Below are positions 1 through 10,021 of a stretch of DNA of 64,000 nt, one piece after another. The first letter of the stretch is position 1. Each line of letters opens with the position of its first letter. Origin of the DNA: Candidatus Enterousia sp. (GTDB lineage Bacteria > Pseudomonadota > Alphaproteobacteria > Rs-D84); assembly GCA_045635585.1 (NCBI GenBank), contig JAZTWA010000012.1, positions 19,315 to 83,314 on the forward strand, read 5' to 3'. The position numbers and the translations under genes were made by a program. The notes under the pieces are model-generated. The model did no database searches and had not been told where the DNA came from. It saw nothing but the letters and a program-made list of their open reading frames with translations.

Positions 1-20
1 TATTATAATGGATTATATTT

Positions 21-2030
21 ATGATTGTGAATAAAAAAATGAAAAAAGCAGAATTTTATCTTGAATGTGATTATAAACCAATGGGTGATCAACCAAGTGC
101 AATCGCAGAATTGGTTGATGGGGTTAATAATGGTCAACAAAATCAAGTTTTGTTGGGGGTTACAGGGTCGGGCAAGACTTTTACTATGGCAAATGTTATT
201 GCACAATTGGGACGGCCAGCATTAATTATGGCACCAAACAAAATTCTGGCGGCACAGTTATATACGGAAATGAAATCCTTTTTCCCGCGTAATCATGTTG
301 AATACTTTGTGTCTTATTATGATTATTATCAACCAGAAGCATATATGCCAACAACTGATACTTACATTGATAAAGACGCATCTATTAATGAACAGTTGGA
401 TAGAATGCGACACAGTGCAACACGTGCAATGTTAGAAGAACGTGATGTTGTTGTGGTATCCAGTGTGTCGTCAATTTATGGTATGGGTTCGCCAGAACAA
501 TATTCACAGATGCGTTTGATATTGCGTGCAGGTGATATTATTTCAATGCGGGATTGTTTGCGCGCATTGGTTGATATTCAATATAAACGTAATGATACTG
601 CGTTTGAACGTGGAACATTTCGTGTGCGTGGCGATATTTTAGATATCTTTCCGTCACATTCGATGGACAGGGCATGGAAATTATCTTTTTGGGGCGATGA
701 AATTGAAGAAATTTGGGAATTTGATACTTTGACAGGGGCAAAATTACAGAAATTAGACAGGGTCGCAATTTATCCAAATACACATTATGCAACACCTATG
801 CCAACAGTGTTACAGGCAATATCACAAATTCGTACAGATCTAAAAGATAGGTTGGAATACTTTCATGAAAATATGAAATATATCGAAGAACAAAGATTGC
901 GTGAAAGGGTAAACTTTGATATAGAAATGATGGAAAGTACGGGAACATGTCGTGGCGTTGAAAATTATTCGCGTTATTTGTCAGGACGGGCCCCAGGACA
1001 ACCACCGCCAACATTGTTTGAATATTTGCCAAAAGATGCGGTTTTATTTATTGATGAAAGTCATGTTACGGTCCCACAGATTGGCGCAATGTCACGTGGG
1101 GATAGGGCGCGTAAAGAAACACTTAGTCAATATGGGTTTCGTTTGCCATCGTGTATCGATAACAGACCGTTGACTTTTGATGAATGGGATAAGTTACGAC
1201 CACAAACAATTTTTGTTTCGGCAACACCAGCAGAATGGGAATTAGAACAATCAGGTGGCGTTGTGTCAGAACAAGTTATTCGACCAACGGGTTTATTGGA
1301 CCCTGTTTGTGATGTGCGACCAACATTACATCAGGTGGATGATTTGTTGGAACAAATAAAAAATACAACTGGACGTGTTTTGGTTACGACTTTGACCAAA
1401 AAAATGGCAGAGCAATTAACAGAATATTTGAATGAAAATGGTGTGCGGGCAAAATATCTGCACAGCGATATTGAAACACTAGAACGTATCGAATTATTAC
1501 GTGATTTAAGATTGGGTAAGTTTGATGTCTTGGTGGGGATTAATTTGCTGCGTGAAGGTTTGGATGTCCCAGAATGTGAATTGGTTGCGATTATGGATGC
1601 AGATAAAGAAGGTTTTTTGCGTTCAACACGTTCATTGATTCAGACAATTGGACGCGCCGCACGTAATGCAAATGGTCGTGTGATTTTATATGCAGATAAG
1701 ATTACTGATTCTATGCAAAATGCATTAGATGAAACTGCGCGCAGACGTGAAAAACAAATGGCTTATAATCAAGAACATGGTATTGTGCCAAGAACTGTTA
1801 CCAAGGCCGTCTTTGCAGAAGTTGGTGAAAAACAAGAAAAAACTGACAAAACACGAAAATTTGTTTATGATAAGTCGGGTGGGGTGATGGACGCTCAATC
1901 ACTGCGCAAGGAAATTAAACAGTTAACACAGAAAATGAAAAAATATGCAGAAGATTTAGAATTTGAACGTGCCGCAGAATTACGTGATACAATTCATAAA
2001 TTGGAAGATGATTTATTAATGGTGGAATAA
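21..2030 (+). CDS. uvrB: Excinuclease ABC subunit B (UvrB)
   Basis: 669-aa ORF. Walker A GVTGSGKT, UvrB helicase domains, and a C-terminal UvrB/UvrC interaction helix ([10 protein letters not shown]). An alternative start is at 39 (MKKAEF). Confidence 0.9.
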   Translation: MIVNKKMKKAEFYLECDYKPMGDQPSAIAELVDGVNNGQQNQVLLGVTGSGKTFTMANVIAQLGRPALIMAPNKILAAQLYTEMKSFFPRNHVEYFVSYYDYYQPEAYMPTTDTYIDKDASINEQLDRMRHSATRAMLEERDVVVVSSVSSIYGMGSPEQYSQMRLILRAGDIISMRDCLRALVDIQYKRNDTAFERGTFRVRGDILDIFPSHSMDRAWKLSFWGDEIEEIWEFDTLTGAKLQKLDRVAIYPNTHYATPMPTVLQAISQIRTDLKDRLEYFHENMKYIEEQRLRERVNFDIEMMESTGTCRGVENYSRYLSGRAPGQPPPTLFEYLPKDAVLFIDESHVTVPQIGAMSRGDRARKETLSQYGFRLPSCIDNRPLTFDEWDKLRPQTIFVSATPAEWELEQSGGVVSEQVIRPTGLLDPVCDVRPTLHQVDDLLEQIKNTTGRVLVTTLTKKMAEQLTEYLNENGVRAKYLHSDIETLERIELLRDLRLGKFDVLVGINLLREGLDVPECELVAIMDADKEGFLRSTRSLIQTIGRAARNANGRVILYADKITDSMQNALDETARRREKQMAYNQEHGIVPRTVTKAVFAEVGEKQEKTDKTRKFVYDKSGGVMDAQSLRKEIKQLTQKMKKYAEDLEFERAAELRDTIHKLEDDLLMVE

Positions 2031-2032
2031 TT

Positions 2033-2437
2033 ATGAAGGAATTTATATCGTCAAATATTGAAGAAACACGCCAGTGGGCCGCTGATTTTGCTAAAACTTT
2101 AACGGCACCAGTTGTGGTGGCGTTGCATGGAAATTTGGGTATGGGAAAGTCTGAAATCGCGCGTACAATAATTCAAACATTACGTGGTGCAGATACGGTT
2201 GTGCCCAGTCCGACTTTTACAATTGTACAAAGTTATGATGGTATTTCTCATTTTGATTTGTATCGTATTCAAGATAAATCTGAATTAACAGAAATCGGTT
2301 TGGAACATGCAATTGAAAATGATATTACTTTGATTGAATGGCCAGAGATTGCAACAGATATGTTACCGGAAAATGTAATTAATGTTTTTATTTCTGAATA
2401 TAATGATGGACGCAAAATTTCTGTGTCAGGAATATAA
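2033..2437 (+). CDS. tsaE: tRNA t6A37 biosynthesis ATPase TsaE (YjeE family)
   Basis: 134 aa with a P-loop GNLGMGKSE. The ATG lies 2 nt after the uvrB stop. Confidence 0.75.
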   Translation: MKEFISSNIEETRQWAADFAKTLTAPVVVALHGNLGMGKSEIARTIIQTLRGADTVVPSPTFTIVQSYDGISHFDLYRIQDKSELTEIGLEHAIENDITLIEWPEIATDMLPENVINVFISEYNDGRKISVSGI

Positions 2438-2562
2438 GCAAATTGATTAAATTTCTTGATTTGTTAATATGTTGTTCAAGGTAATGTTCTGATAAAAATA
2501 GACGGATTATTTCGATAACCCAGAACCCACATCCCTTTTTGATGAATGTTGCCGTTAAAATA

Positions 2563-2592
2563 AAAACACCAAAATGGTGTTTTTATTTTTTT
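2563..2592. terminator. Bidirectional rho-independent terminator between convergent tsaE and ftsA-rpe
   Basis: Hairpin aaaacacc-aaa-tggtgtttt followed by a T-run. It overlaps the stop of the minus-strand ORF. Confidence 0.5.
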
Positions 2593-4352
2593 AATAAACT
2601 TTGTACCGCCAATGGAAAATCAGGGGATTTGGCAAGGTATGAACCACTGACCAATAAATCGGCACCCGCATTCCAACAGAGTGCAGCTGTTTTATCGTTT
2701 ATCCCACCGTCAACAGATATAACATATTTTAATCCGTATTTCTTGCGTGTGGCCGCCAATACAGATATTTTGTGTAATGATGTTGGTTCAAATGTTTGAC
2801 CCGCCGCCCCAGGGGTAACAGACATTATCATTACTTCATCAATTTCACGTAATATCGGTTTTAACAATGATACAGGTGATTCTGGGTTTAATGCGATACC
2901 AACCCGCTTGCCAGATGCACGAACCGCGTGAACCGCAGAACGCAACCCAGATGTGTTTGTTGATAGTATTATCGTATCGGCGCCCGCCGCAATTGCATCA
3001 GATGCCCAGATGTTTGGACTTTCTGTCATTAGATGTACGTGCAAGTGTGCGTTTGTGTGCCCGCGTATCATTCGTAATTCATCAATGCCACCGGCAATTC
3101 TGTCAACGTAAAATCCGTCCATTATATCAACGTGTATCATTGATATACCCGCAGAAGCAAATAAGCCATATGTTTCACGACGGTGCATGTCAAAACAAAG
3201 CGTGCTGGGTAAAATAGGAATAAATGTTGGTTTCGTTTTGCGTTTGTGTTGGAATAGTTTCTTTATTTTATTGGTATATTTGCTGAAACGATTGTGGCGC
3301 GCAATATAGCGTTCGCGGTTTTCAGATTCATCTGCCCAAATAAAGTCGGATAATCCACGAACAGTTGAATCAATTGGTAATATGTCTGTGATAACCGCAA
3401 AGGCATTTTCAATAAAATCACGCAGGCCATTTATTTCCGCGCCACCGCCCGTCATGATTATTTTTGTTGGTTTATATTTGGTAAAGGCAGATAAACATTG
3501 GTCTTTGATTTGGCCGATTATATCAATTAATATTGGTAATATTATATCGTTCACATCGCCACGTGAAAAATCATATGCGGTGTCAGCAGGTGTAAAACGA
3601 TCCATTTCTTTTGGTATCAATGATGCAACAGATTGTTTAATTCGGTCCGATGTATCAATGTCCAGATTAAATTGTTTTGATATTGCAGTGTTTATATCGT
3701 TGCCACCCAATTTTATCTTTGTATGCCATACAGGTCCACGATCAGTCCAAATGGACGCAGATGTAAATTCAGAACCAAAGTCAATAAACATTGTGTTCTG
3801 TTTCTTTGTTCGATGTGCAAAATTTTGAACAAATTGGGGATCAAAAAATGCAATAGGTTGAATGTGTGCCCCACGCAAGAATTCGTATATTCTGTTTACA
3901 CCATCGCGTGAATAAAAAATTGCACCAAATGCAGATATTAACTGGTGGTCAATGTGACCAATGGGGGATACCAAATTACGACCGTTTGGTGTGTCGTATC
4001 GCAGTGGTATGATGTGCATCGGAAAATATGATTCAGGTGGTGTGATTTGTGATATTTGATTGCGAATGTCTGTTGTCGTGATTTTGTGTTCTGTATTCCA
4101 GACAGTATTCTTGGCAGTCATTTCAAATTTAGATAGTCCAAAATTACCGGTTATATATGCGTAATCAAAATGTGTGCCAAGTTGTTTTTCAAGTTCGTCA
4201 ACAACGGTCTTTAATGCGTATATAGTATCAAAACTGTTTGTGCTGAAATATGCAGAACGGTCAATACGTGCACTGCGAACGCGATGCGCAATACCGCGTA
4301 CACCATATGTACCAATGTCCAGACATAAAAAAGATGAATCAAATAGGTTCAT
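2583..4352 (-). CDS. FtsA-like actin-family cell-division ATPase fused in one ORF to ribulose-phosphate 3-epimerase (FtsA-Rpe)
   Basis: 589-aa uninterrupted ORF. The N-terminal ~390 aa align to FtsA (LDIGTYGVRG, FIDFGSEFTSASIW..HTKIKLGGNDINTAIS, IMTGGGAEINGL). The C-terminal ~195 aa are Rpe (ILPSTLCFDMH...HVDIMDGFYV..., DGGIN..., LLVSGSYL). It lies directly downstream of ftsQ. Confidence 0.75.
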   Translation of the reverse strand: MNLFDSSFLCLDIGTYGVRGIAHRVRSARIDRSAYFSTNSFDTIYALKTVVDELEKQLGTHFDYAYITGNFGLSKFEMTAKNTVWNTEHKITTTDIRNQISQITPPESYFPMHIIPLRYDTPNGRNLVSPIGHIDHQLISAFGAIFYSRDGVNRIYEFLRGAHIQPIAFFDPQFVQNFAHRTKKQNTMFIDFGSEFTSASIWTDRGPVWHTKIKLGGNDINTAISKQFNLDIDTSDRIKQSVASLIPKEMDRFTPADTAYDFSRGDVNDIILPILIDIIGQIKDQCLSAFTKYKPTKIIMTGGGAEINGLRDFIENAFAVITDILPIDSTVRGLSDFIWADESENRERYIARHNRFSKYTNKIKKLFQHKRKTKPTFIPILPSTLCFDMHRRETYGLFASAGISMIHVDIMDGFYVDRIAGGIDELRMIRGHTNAHLHVHLMTESPNIWASDAIAAGADTIILSTNTSGLRSAVHAVRASGKRVGIALNPESPVSLLKPILREIDEVMIMSVTPGAAGQTFEPTSLHKISVLAATRKKYGLKYVISVDGGINDKTAALCWNAGADLLVSGSYLAKSPDFPLAVQSLLKK

Positions 4353-4359
4353 TTTTATC

Positions 4360-5076
4360 TTATTTTACAAGGATTCGCGCACTGTCACGCATGTCAATTA
4401 CACTGATATCCTTGGTCAGGATTTTGTGCTTGTTGTTTAATGACATTAATGTGCCAATTGCAGATTCTGGGTCGTGTTCGGGTAATAATACTGTTATACC
4501 ATTGAACATATGCATATTCCAACGACGATTTTCAATCCATTCCATATAATCTAAATTGCCAACCATGTTGTGTGCAATGCGGGTGATTTCTGTTATGTCA
4601 GATGGTAATGGACCACGAAATACAACATTTGCCATGTTGCGGGTTTCTGTTGGTGTGTTTACAATTGTGCTGTCCCCAGATAATGGAAAAAAGTTTTCGC
4701 CATCTGTCCATAAGGCAACCGCCTGGTACATTGAAACATATACAGATATGTTACCGTTTGGCATGCGGCGAACCGACGATTTGCGAACCCCAGGTACAGC
4801 GGATATGCGTTCGTTCATTTGTGCCAAATCAATTGAATATGAACGTGTGTTTGGTGCCAATGCTGCCGCAGATGCAATCGCAGATAAATTTTTGTCGTTT
4901 GAATCAGATGAGATTGAAATATTATGTACGTACGATATTGGTGTTCGACCAACCCCAGTTATTATGATACGTACAGAAAAATATATCGCCAAAATAATGG
5001 CAATAATAAAACATAACCAAAACCAGATTGTGCGTTTCATGTGTTTAATTATATCACAAAAAAACGCAATTCGCAA
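4360..5076 (-). CDS. ftsQ: Cell division protein FtsQ (POTRA domain)
   Basis: 238 aa with an N-terminal TM anchor and POTRA/FtsQ-like periplasmic region. It is immediately upstream of the ftsA-like gene with an 8-bp gap. A possible alternative start is MKRTIW. Confidence 0.65.
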   Translation of the reverse strand: MRIAFFCDIIKHMKRTIWFWLCFIIAIILAIYFSVRIIITGVGRTPISYVHNISISSDSNDKNLSAIASAAALAPNTRSYSIDLAQMNERISAVPGVRKSSVRRMPNGNISVYVSMYQAVALWTDGENFFPLSGDSTIVNTPTETRNMANVVFRGPLPSDITEITRIAHNMVGNLDYMEWIENRRWNMHMFNGITVLLPEHDPESAIGTLMSLNNKHKILTKDISVIDMRDSARILVK

Positions 5077-5094
5077 AAATTACTGAGATAAAAT

Positions 5095-5475
5095 TTACAT
5101 CGCGCGAAGCAAATATCCACGACGGAACATACATCTGCGATACGCCCCAACAGTTTTAGAGGCGGTGTTGCGTGGTACGGACATCAGACTGCGCTGGCCA
5201 ACGTCGCGATATTCGTTTGATTGAAATGTTACCCACAAGCCGTCCCAATCAGGCATAATTGCACTTTGGTTCGGGGCCAATAGTTTAGCAAGACGGGAAC
5301 GCGGTTGATATGATGGGCGATTTATGCCCAGACATGCCTTGTGATCACGTACAAATTGTTCGGTTGTAACGGCATCGTTTTCCCAATTTAATACAGTGGC
5401 GTCATCAATGCTGCCACGATTGACCGATGCACATGCGACAAGTAACAAGAAAATAGGTAATATTTTTATTCTCAT
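5095..5475 (-). CDS. Small lipoprotein, function unknown
   Basis: 126 aa. Signal peptide with lipobox LVAC-A. No recognisable domain. Confidence 0.45.
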   Translation of the reverse strand: MRIKILPIFLLLVACASVNRGSIDDATVLNWENDAVTTEQFVRDHKACLGINRPSYQPRSRLAKLLAPNQSAIMPDWDGLWVTFQSNEYRDVGQRSLMSVPRNTASKTVGAYRRCMFRRGYLLRAM

Positions 5476-5551
5476 GTTTTATATTATAATTTAATTGCCT
5501 TTTGGTGGCAATAGTTTTTATAATATAAAAAAAGAGAGAAAGGACAAAGGA

Positions 5552-5875
5552 ATGGCAATCACCGTTCAAAAATTTATTAAGTTGGCAAATTATTATAATC
5601 AAACAGCAATGTTGATGTCTGCAATTTGTGTGCAAAAAGGCGGAATTGCAATGGAAAACTATGTTGGGCGTTTTTATGCGGCGGATGTTTTAGAATATGT
5701 TGTTGAATATGGCCGCAGATTGGTTCAACAAAATAAAAATTTGCCCCAAGATGTGGTTGCGCTGGTTAATCGATTTGCGGCTCAGTATCAAAAAATGCGC
5801 CCACTGGTTACACCAACACAAAAACCAATTCATGAAATGACGTTGGAAGAATTTGAAAAATTAATGAATATTTAG
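5552..5875 (+). CDS. Hypothetical protein
   Basis: ORF in a region that is otherwise fully coding. ATG at 5552 is preceded by an AAAGGA-rich stretch. No motif recognised. Confidence 0.35.
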   Translation: MAITVQKFIKLANYYNQTAMLMSAICVQKGGIAMENYVGRFYAADVLEYVVEYGRRLVQQNKNLPQDVVALVNRFAAQYQKMRPLVTPTQKPIHEMTLEEFEKLMNI

Positions 5876-5916
5876 TATGCTATATGCATATGTGCGGCAC
5901 AGCAAAGGAGATAAAA

Positions 5917-7248
5917 ATGAATTTTTTGAAAAATGTTTGGCTTTTATTTGTGGGGGGGTGTGTTTTGTTAGGCTGTGCACAACAGAAACAAAATCAGGTT
6001 CCGTTGTATGATAATATTACTGTTGTTGATGAATTGGTAATTGATGAAAATTCTGTGCCTATTTTCCCAAAAAAGGCCGCGTTGACAACGGATACAGCAC
6101 GTAGGTTTTCAATAGAATTGCCAAAAAGATGTGAAGTAGATTGGGATAATCAGCATGTTGTGTCTGTGGTGCCCGCAGAAAAAATTGAAATCTTGCGATT
6201 GGCAACAGGTGATGAATTGCCAGAATTGAATGTGTCTGATTATGAATTTAAGGAATTAACTGTTAAACAGGCCTTGGATAAATTGTTGGAGGGTACAGAC
6301 GTTGCAGTTGTCGAAGATGAACCATTGTATGAAAAAATTACAGGTACCATTTCTTCGGGCAGTTTGGCAGATGCGGTTCAGTTAATGACAAAAATGGGGC
6401 GTGTTTATTTTTCTTATGATGAACAGATGGGCGAATTACATTTAACGCATCGTGCCAAATGGATGGTTAAAATGCCACAAAATGAAACAATAATTATGGC
6501 GTTGTTGGATGCGATGCATGGCGCGGATATGCGAAATCTGTTGGTGGATTGGCAGGATAAAACGGTTGTTTTCGAAGGTAATTATCAAACAGAACGTGAA
6601 GTGGCTAAAATTATTTCTGATATATCTGGCAAGAAATATATGTTGGCATGGGATATAGATGTATATCGTGTTTATCCACGTACAGATAACCCAATTGTTT
6701 GGATGAATTTGTTGCCGGCGTTTGGTGATAAAAATATTAAAATGTCAATTCCTGGGGTTGTTGGACGTACACTGGTCGTCAGTCCCGAAATAAATACAAA
6801 AACATTGCAAGAATTTATGGCGCAACAGGCAAATGTTGTTTTAGTGTCACAGGGTACTTTTGCAATACCAAATGGGTGGCAATCACGATTTGATATTGGG
6901 CAATGTGGACGTGAAGAAAGATTGGAAACAGATTTGATTATTGGTGCAACGGGTAAGTATGGTGATTTCGGTGGTCGTAAAAAAATAGATGCCAAGATTG
7001 TTTTGCGTACAAGTCAGGGCGAATTGTCGTCTTTTAATGTACCGTCATCTGTTGGTGATAATTATATAATTGTTGGTATCCCAACACATTCTTTTGTTAC
7101 AACACCAGAAACATTGGTGTCGCCATATGCCGAATTGGTGGTCTTTATGTCGCCACGTGTAATTTCAATTGTTGATGGCCCAATGGGACATGATGACAAT
7201 TTGGAAGATTTGGTTGGTGATGCGTTGCGCGACTTTTTGAATGAATAA
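5917..7248 (+). CDS. Outer-membrane lipoprotein with secretin-like C-terminal domain (putative)
   Basis: SD AAAGGAG lies 7 nt upstream. Signal peptide with lipobox LLGC-A. The C-terminal ~200 aa show a secretin-domain-like pattern (VGDNYIIVGIP...TPETLVSPYAELVVFMSPRVI, compare canonical ...ELLIFITPxII). It ends 12 nt before lolC. Confidence 0.4.
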   Translation: MNFLKNVWLLFVGGCVLLGCAQQKQNQVPLYDNITVVDELVIDENSVPIFPKKAALTTDTARRFSIELPKRCEVDWDNQHVVSVVPAEKIEILRLATGDELPELNVSDYEFKELTVKQALDKLLEGTDVAVVEDEPLYEKITGTISSGSLADAVQLMTKMGRVYFSYDEQMGELHLTHRAKWMVKMPQNETIIMALLDAMHGADMRNLLVDWQDKTVVFEGNYQTEREVAKIISDISGKKYMLAWDIDVYRVYPRTDNPIVWMNLLPAFGDKNIKMSIPGVVGRTLVVSPEINTKTLQEFMAQQANVVLVSQGTFAIPNGWQSRFDIGQCGREERLETDLIIGATGKYGDFGGRKKIDAKIVLRTSQGELSSFNVPSSVGDNYIIVGIPTHSFVTTPETLVSPYAELVVFMSPRVISIVDGPMGHDDNLEDLVGDALRDFLNE

Positions 7249-7259
7249 GGGTTTTTGAT

Positions 7260-8513
7260 ATGTTTTCAAGATTGGAACGAAAAATTGCATTCAGATATTT
7301 GGGGGCCAAAAAACGTGGTTTTGGGTCTGTTATTTCATGGGTGTCATTGATTGGTATTATGCTGGGTGTGGCAACACTGATTGTTGTTATGTCGGTTATG
7401 GGTGGCTTTCATGATACGTTGTTGGGACGTATTGTGGGAATGAACGGACATGTTGTGGTTTATCATCAAGATGGTGCAATTGCGGATTTTGATTTCCTGA
7501 TTGATAAGATTAAACAGAACAAGGTTGTGGTTGCGAATACAACATCGATTGTTCCAATTGCCGAAGGTCAGGTTATGGCAACCGCAAATGGTAATAATAC
7601 AGGGGCGATGATACGTGGTATTCGTATGTCTGATTTGACCGCAAAAACAGAAACAGGAACACGAATTTATGGCAAAGATTTGTCTGCAATATCGGATGGT
7701 GAATTGGTTGCAGGGGCGTCTTTGACACGTGCATTAAAGGTTACAATGGGTGATAAAATATCTTTGGTTTCTGCAAATGGCGCCACACCAACACCATTTG
7801 GTTCGATGCCGCGTATTATGGCGTATCCAGTGATGAGTTCTTTCTTTATGGGTATGTATGAATATGATTCTGGTTATATCTTTATGCCATTGGAAACAGC
7901 GCAAAAGTATCTGAATATTGGCAATTCTGTTACGCATATTGATTTGTTTTTAAAAGACCCAGAAAATACAACTGTTGTGGTTGAAGCGTTGGCGCGTTTG
8001 TTGCCCGAAGGTTTTGTTGTGCGTGATTGGCGCGATTTAAATCGTGGTTTTGTTGGTGCGTTACAGGTTGAATCAAATGTTATGTTTTTAATATTGTTGT
8101 TAATTGTTATTGTTGCGGCATTTAATATTGTTTCGTCTTTGGTTATGTTGGTCAAAGATAAAAATAAAGATATTGCTGTATTGCGTACCTTTGGTGTGTC
8201 AAGAAAGTCAATGATGAAGATATTTATTTTGTCGGGTACATCAATTGGGGTTATTGGGGCATTCTTTGGCACAATATTTGGTGTGTTGGTTGCGATTTAT
8301 ATTGAACCAATACGTCAGTTCTTTCAGTGGATAACCGGACGCGATTTATTTCCATCAGAATTATATTATTTGTCTGAATTACCATCAAAATTGGTGTGGG
8401 GTGATGTTTTGGGAATTGCGTTAATTGCGGTGTTGTTGGCGTTTTTGGCAACGCTTTATCCCGCGTGGAAGGCGGCAAACACAGACCCTGTTGAGGTGTT
8501 AAGAAATGAATAA
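7260..8513 (+). CDS. lolC: Lipoprotein-releasing ABC transporter permease LolC/LolE family
   Basis: 417 aa. N-terminus MFSRLERKIAFRYLGAKKR...SVISWVSLIGIMLGVATLIVVMSVMGGF is typical LolC/E. FtsX-like with 4 TM helices and a periplasmic loop. Confidence 0.85.
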   Translation: MFSRLERKIAFRYLGAKKRGFGSVISWVSLIGIMLGVATLIVVMSVMGGFHDTLLGRIVGMNGHVVVYHQDGAIADFDFLIDKIKQNKVVVANTTSIVPIAEGQVMATANGNNTGAMIRGIRMSDLTAKTETGTRIYGKDLSAISDGELVAGASLTRALKVTMGDKISLVSANGATPTPFGSMPRIMAYPVMSSFFMGMYEYDSGYIFMPLETAQKYLNIGNSVTHIDLFLKDPENTTVVVEALARLLPEGFVVRDWRDLNRGFVGALQVESNVMFLILLLIVIVAAFNIVSSLVMLVKDKNKDIAVLRTFGVSRKSMMKIFILSGTSIGVIGAFFGTIFGVLVAIYIEPIRQFFQWITGRDLFPSELYYLSELPSKLVWGDVLGIALIAVLLAFLATLYPAWKAANTDPVEVLRNE

Positions 8514-8526
8514 AGGACAGATGTAA

Positions 8527-9237
8527 ATGGCGAATATTTTAAATTCTTTATCAAGGGTTAATCGCGGTGATGTTGTGTTGTCTGTGCGCGATATAAAAAA
8601 GACTTTTATCGAAGGTGGTCAGCCATTACATATTTTACGTGGTGGTGGTTTTGATTTACATCGTGGTGAAATTATCGCGTTGGTTGGGCAATCTGGGTCG
8701 GGTAAGTCAACACTGTTACAATGTGTTGGTTTGTTGGATAAACCCAGTGCAGGCAGTATTTTGGTCGGTGGGGCGGCCGTTCAGAAAATGGATGAAGATT
8801 TGCGAACGAAAATTCGTAGAAATAAAATCGGATTTGTTTATCAAAAACATAATTTATTGTCTGATTTTACAGCATTGGAAAATGTTGTTTTGCCAATGTT
8901 GGCAAATGGAATTGGTGAAGATGCGGCAAATGCACGTGCGGCAAAATTGTTGCGTGCGGTAAATGTTGCACATCGTGCTTCACATCGCCCCAGTGAAATG
9001 AGTGGTGGTGAACAACAACGTGTCGCGGTTGCGCGTGCCTTGGCAAATAATCCGGAAATTTTATTGGCTGATGAACCAACAGGCAGTTTGGACCCACAGC
9101 ATGCATCTGTTGTCTTTGATATGATTTTGGATTTGGTTCGAAAAAACAAAATGGCAATGTTGTTCGTTACACATGATATGAACTTGGCATCACGTGCAGA
9201 CAGAAAAATTACGATTAATAATGGTATTATTGAATAA
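8527..9237 (+). CDS. lolD: Lipoprotein-releasing ABC transporter ATP-binding protein LolD
   Basis: Walker A GQSGSGKST, ABC signature LSGGEQQRVAVARAL, Walker B LLADEPTGSLD. It follows lolC. Confidence 0.85.
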   Translation: MANILNSLSRVNRGDVVLSVRDIKKTFIEGGQPLHILRGGGFDLHRGEIIALVGQSGSGKSTLLQCVGLLDKPSAGSILVGGAAVQKMDEDLRTKIRRNKIGFVYQKHNLLSDFTALENVVLPMLANGIGEDAANARAAKLLRAVNVAHRASHRPSEMSGGEQQRVAVARALANNPEILLADEPTGSLDPQHASVVFDMILDLVRKNKMAMLFVTHDMNLASRADRKITINNGIIE

Positions 9238-9277
9238 TATAGTGTATAATACTTAAAAGTATATAGAGGGAGAGAGT

Positions 9278-10021
9278 ATGAAGAAAAAGCAATCTTATGT
9301 AATAAAACACACTCCAAAACAGCGCTTTTTTGGGATTATGGCTTTTGTTGCATTATTTGTTTGTGGAATTATGGTTGGGGTCAGTCTGGGATACAAGACT
9401 GGGGCGCAAAAGGTCGATGGAACAATTCAGATAACAAATAATCATGAACAAAATAAATCTGAAAAGCCAAAAGAAACATGTCAGATAATTGAAGATTTAT
9501 TAATCGAAAGATTGTATCCAGAAGATTCATCAGAAGTTTGGGAACATGAAGAAAATATTGTTGTGTATGAAAAACTGGTCATGAATGGTTGTTCTGAAAA
9601 TCAGATGAAATACCATAAGTTGGGACAACGTGAACGTGAAATCGTTGCGGCATTGCAGATGTCTGGAACGGTCAAGGGTACATGTGAACAAATTGAAAGT
9701 TTGTTGTTGCAACAAATGCCACCAGCACAAGGGGATTCTGATTTGCGTATTGTGCGTGCAAAATTGTATGCAAATTTATCAGAACGTGGATGTCCGCAAA
9801 ATTCTGAAAAATATGTTGCGTTGGCACAACAAGAATTAGAAATTGCGCGCGCGTTGGTTGATGATGAATTTTCAGAACGTGATACAATTGAAGTTGTTGA
9901 AACGTATAAACGCTTGGAAATGCAGGCTGCAGCACAGGAAATTTTTGATACTGTAAAAAAGTTGACGAATCCTGCGATTGACTTTGTATTACAAGTTGAA
10001 AAAATTATTAATGAACAATAA
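9278..10021 (+). CDS. Membrane-anchored protein with an internal tandem ~70-aa Cys-containing repeat, function unknown
   Basis: SD GAGGGAGAGAG upstream. N-terminal signal-anchor (FFGIMAFVALFVCGIMVGVSLGY). Two repeats: ETCQIIEDLLIERL...NGCSENQMKY...REIVAALQ and GTCEQIESLLLQQ...RGCPQNSEKY...LEIARAL. Its stop overlaps the next ATG (TAATG). Confidence 0.5.
   Translation: MKKKQSYVIKHTPKQRFFGIMAFVALFVCGIMVGVSLGYKTGAQKVDGTIQITNNHEQNKSEKPKETCQIIEDLLIERLYPEDSSEVWEHEENIVVYEKLVMNGCSENQMKYHKLGQREREIVAALQMSGTVKGTCEQIESLLLQQMPPAQGDSDLRIVRAKLYANLSERGCPQNSEKYVALAQQELEIARALVDDEFSERDTIEVVETYKRLEMQAAAQEIFDTVKKLTNPAIDFVLQVEKIINEQ

Noticed and set aside
3-206. 67-aa minus-strand ORF at the window edge
   Set aside because: Antisense to the uvrB 5' region, with no supporting features.
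8841-9317. 158-aa and 96-aa minus-strand ORFs
   Set aside because: Antisense to lolD (clear ABC ATPase motifs on the plus strand).
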